Source: a virus (lineage: Duplodnaviria; Heunggongvirae; Uroviricota; Caudoviricetes). Taken from it: a stretch of 19,845 nt of DNA. The stretch is from IMG/VR virus record IMGVR_UViG_3300031998_000043, one strand, 5' to 3'. This document shows, in pieces, positions 18,217 through 19,845 of the stretch (position 1 is the first letter of the stretch; each line of letters begins with the position of its first letter). The translations under genes were made by a program, and so were the position numbers. A model generated the notes under the pieces. That model worked only from the letters and a program-made list of their open reading frames with translations. It was not told the DNA's origin and ran no database searches.

Positions 18217-18257
18217 AAAAAGAACAACGACCGGGTGATGAGTCCGGTCGTTGTTCT
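18215..18257. terminator. Terminator hairpin shared by nrdD (+) and ncRNA 2 (-)
   Basis: 14-bp perfect stem AGAACAACGACCGG (18221-18234) / CCGGTCGTTGTTCT (18244-18257). The better U-tract (A6 on plus) is on the minus strand. Confidence 0.85.
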
Positions 18258-18774
18258 GTTTCTCCTCAGCAACCAATGGTGGCTGTTTAGGAGTTAGAAG
18301 CATTGTGCACTTGCTTCTAGCCTTCTACAGAGACCTATAGCTTTCCTGCCCAAGACAAGACTTACAGGTATTGCGATGGTCTTAACCCTTCCTCCAGTTC
18401 ATATAGCAGGGCGCCCCCTGTGGCACTATGAAGAACCAGATTCCAAGCTATCCTACAATGGCCATTGTAGTGACATGGAGAGTATTTAGTTAATCCTAAC
18501 TACGGATATTTAACTCTTCTCCGTCAGATGCTGTCGGCATCCTTATCCATCCCCTTCCGGCATTGGAAGATGGACTACAGCGATTCGCCACTTCGGGAGA
18601 GCTACTCCTTTAGGCTGTCGTGGAACGCTGCCAATTTCACCGTACTCTTTCAGACGAACACCTGATCCCCAAGAATGCGAACCTGGGTCAGATGCATAGT
18701 ACGGCTATCAATCTACTACATCAGTCTTTCGTGATTAGATCGATTGAGCATAGTCTTTCAACATACGCTATAAG
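18215..18774 (-). ncRNA. Putative large structured ncRNA 2 (~555 nt), paralogue of ncRNA 1, family unassigned
   Basis: No credible ORF and partly GC-enriched. Bounded by TATATAAT and a terminator. 5' CTTATAGC (18774-18767) pairs with GCTATAGG (18341-18334). Nested helices include CCGTACT/AGTACGG, GCATCTGA/TCAGGTGT, CCATC/GATGG, GGATGC/GCATCT, TAGAAGCA/TGCTTCTA and CTCCT..CAGC/GCTG-AGGAG. Shares motifs with ncRNA 1. Confidence 0.75.
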
Positions 18775-18775
18775 A

Positions 18776-18782
18776 TTATATA
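18776..18782 (-). promoter_or_regulatory. TATATAA(T) promoter element for ncRNA 2
   Basis: ATAGTATATAATC on the minus strand, just downstream of the upstream gene's terminator and overlapped by a small inverted repeat TACTATT-aac-AATAGTA (18781-18797). Confidence 0.55.
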
Positions 18783-18806
18783 CTATTAACAATAGTAAAA
18801 ATACAC

Positions 18807-18836
18807 AAAAAAGAACAGGATCCGAAGATCCTGTTC
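18807..18836 (-). terminator. Intrinsic terminator of the 158-aa gene
   Basis: GAACAGGATC / GATCCTGTTC stem with a UUCG loop on the minus strand and a T6 tract. Confidence 0.9.
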
Positions 18837-18868
18837 CTTTTGACCACTTCGCCTTTTTGTGGAAAATC

Positions 18869-19345
18869 CTAGAAACGCTTACCTTCAAGATGAGCAAACT
18901 TCTTAAAGAACTTTGCGTTGGCATCCTTATGCTGTTCAATGACAGCATAGTCACGAAGCTGATTGAACAACTTCTTGGGCTGACGAAGCATCCACTTCTT
19001 GAGATTGTTGATGACATCTTCGGTCTTACCAATACGCTTGATGTTGAACTTGGCATAGTTCTGTTCCTGCTGTTCTTCAGTCTTCTTAGTCCAGACTTCC
19101 ACATAGTAATAGTCGAACTTCTTCTTCGTATCAAAATCCTCGTCAGTGTTATGGACGAAATTGAATTCGACGGTGGAATGCAAGAATGGATGAGTAGCCT
19201 GAAGCTTCATGGCTTCCTCGACTGCCTTCATGTCAACCATAGGCAGAGCCTTCTTCTTAAAAGGCTTCTTGGCAGTCTTCTTTTCAGCTTCAGGACGCTT
19301 ATAAGTGTTAAGTTTCTTGGTCGGTTCCTTAATCTGTTCGGGCAT
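18869..19345 (-). CDS. Hypothetical basic, Lys-rich protein (158 aa)
   Basis: RBS AGGAG, TATATAA upstream (19380-19386) and a terminator downstream. Confidence 0.85.
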   Translation of the reverse strand: MPEQIKEPTKKLNTYKRPEAEKKTAKKPFKKKALPMVDMKAVEEAMKLQATHPFLHSTVEFNFVHNTDEDFDTKKKFDYYYVEVWTKKTEEQQEQNYAKFNIKRIGKTEDVINNLKKWMLRQPKKLFNQLRDYAVIEQHKDANAKFFKKFAHLEGKRF

Positions 19346-19379
19346 TTTTATCTCCTAATAATTGTGAAAAGCCACTAAT

Positions 19380-19414
19380 TTATATATAGTTCTGGTGGTA
19401 ACAACTGTATATAA
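19380..19414. promoter_or_regulatory. Divergent TATATAA promoter elements
   Basis: TATATAA at 19380-19386 (-) and 19408-19414 (+), between divergent genes. Confidence 0.55.
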
Positions 19415-19452
19415 AAATCTATGATCCGTGTTTAATTTTATAAGGAATAACT

Positions 19453-19845
19453 ATGGCTATAACCTATCCATTATTTTCACATGAAGTTAATGCAGATATT
19501 AGGCATCCATCTAGGATGTTTCATCGTAAAGCTAGGCCTATAAAGCTTACTATTGTTAGAGGAATACCCGGAAGCGGTAAGTCTACTTTTGCCAAGAAGT
19601 ATGCTGCTGCTAATGGGCATATTAAAGTCATCGAGCCGGATGACTTTTGGACTGATCGTAAGAGAAAGTATGAATATCATGCAGAACTGCGTGAAGTATA
19701 TGAAATGTACGGAAAGGCTGCCGTTACCCATGAGCTTATTATAGAGAAACGCCCATGCGTGATTGCAGACGTATTTGCGACTAGAAAAGATCTTCAGTTC
19801 TTCAAAGATCTTTGTGAAATGTATGAAATTCCTTTGGAAGTCTTT
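19453..19845 (+). CDS. P-loop kinase (AAA_33 / polynucleotide-kinase-like), truncated by the window edge
   Basis: Manual translation MAITYPLFSHEVNADIRHPSRMFHRKARPIKLTIVRGIPGSGKSTFAKKY...VIEPDDFW...CVIADVF..., with Walker A GIPGSGKST and RBS AAGGA. Missing from the ORF track. Confidence 0.85.
   Translation, partial: MAITYPLFSHEVNADIRHPSRMFHRKARPIKLTIVRGIPGSGKSTFAKKYAAANGHIKVIEPDDFWTDRKRKYEYHAELREVYEMYGKAAVTHELIIEKRPCVIADVFATRKDLQFFKDLCEMYEIPLEVF

Noticed and set aside
18585-18640. AATTGGCAGC-GTTCCACGAC resembles group I intron Q/R elements, and T4 nrdD (sunY) has a group I intron
   Set aside because: nrdD is intact and on the opposite strand, so no gene is interrupted. There is no P6 spacer or matching S element (AAGAUAUAGUC), and RNA1 lacks the motif. 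GTTCCA is better explained as pairing with TGGAAT. An Infernal search would settle it.
18620-18650. GGTGAAATT similar to a cobalamin riboswitch near nrdD
   Set aside because: It lies downstream of and antisense to nrdD rather than in a 5' UTR, and there is no B12-box.
14101-18774. tmRNA, RNase P RNA, tRNA or group II intron identity for the two RNAs
   Set aside because: No T-arm/CCA end, no GAGGAAAGUCC or ACAGAA..CGGCUUA RNase P motifs, and no domain V hairpin with a catalytic triad.
18620-19378. 252-aa plus-strand ORF and other long antisense ORFs (3056-4264, 14821-15765, 17740-18303, 9538-10128, etc.)
   Set aside because: These are shadows of real genes on the opposite strand, caused by codon bias. 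They have no RBS and an atypical Leu/Ser/Phe-rich composition.
1-19845. Alternative genetic code (TAG/TGA recoding, as in some gut jumbo phages)
   Set aside because: All major genes are full-length under code 11. TAG and TGA end genes just before a downstream start or terminator, and read-through does not fuse adjacent ORFs where checked (6140, 6580).
1-19845. CRISPR array, IS element or DGR
   Set aside because: No spaced direct repeats, transposase or reverse-transcriptase motifs were seen.

Overview
AT-rich phage DNA, most likely from a jumbo phage of an anaerobic host. It carries a ~850-aa T4-gp20-like portal, a 1419-aa Ser/Thr-rich tail-fibre-like protein, class III ribonucleotide reductase nrdD, a patatin-like phospholipase, a soluble ClpB-like AAA+/M41 protease fusion, a possible HU-like protein, a truncated P-loop kinase and several hypothetical proteins. 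Almost all transcription units end in strong intrinsic terminators, and a TATATAA motif recurs in the intergenic gaps. The most notable feature is two ~540-560 nt GC-enriched segments on the minus strand (about 14101-14640 and 18215-18774) with no credible ORF. Each has a TATATAA element at its 5' end, a U-tract terminator at its 3' end and a helix pairing the 5' end to a 3' segment. The two share collinear conserved motifs, including a compensatory helix swap (TGGA/TCCA vs TCCA/TGGA). They look like two diverged paralogues of one large structured ncRNA class, in the size range of ROOL/OLE. I cannot assign them to a known family from the sequence alone.
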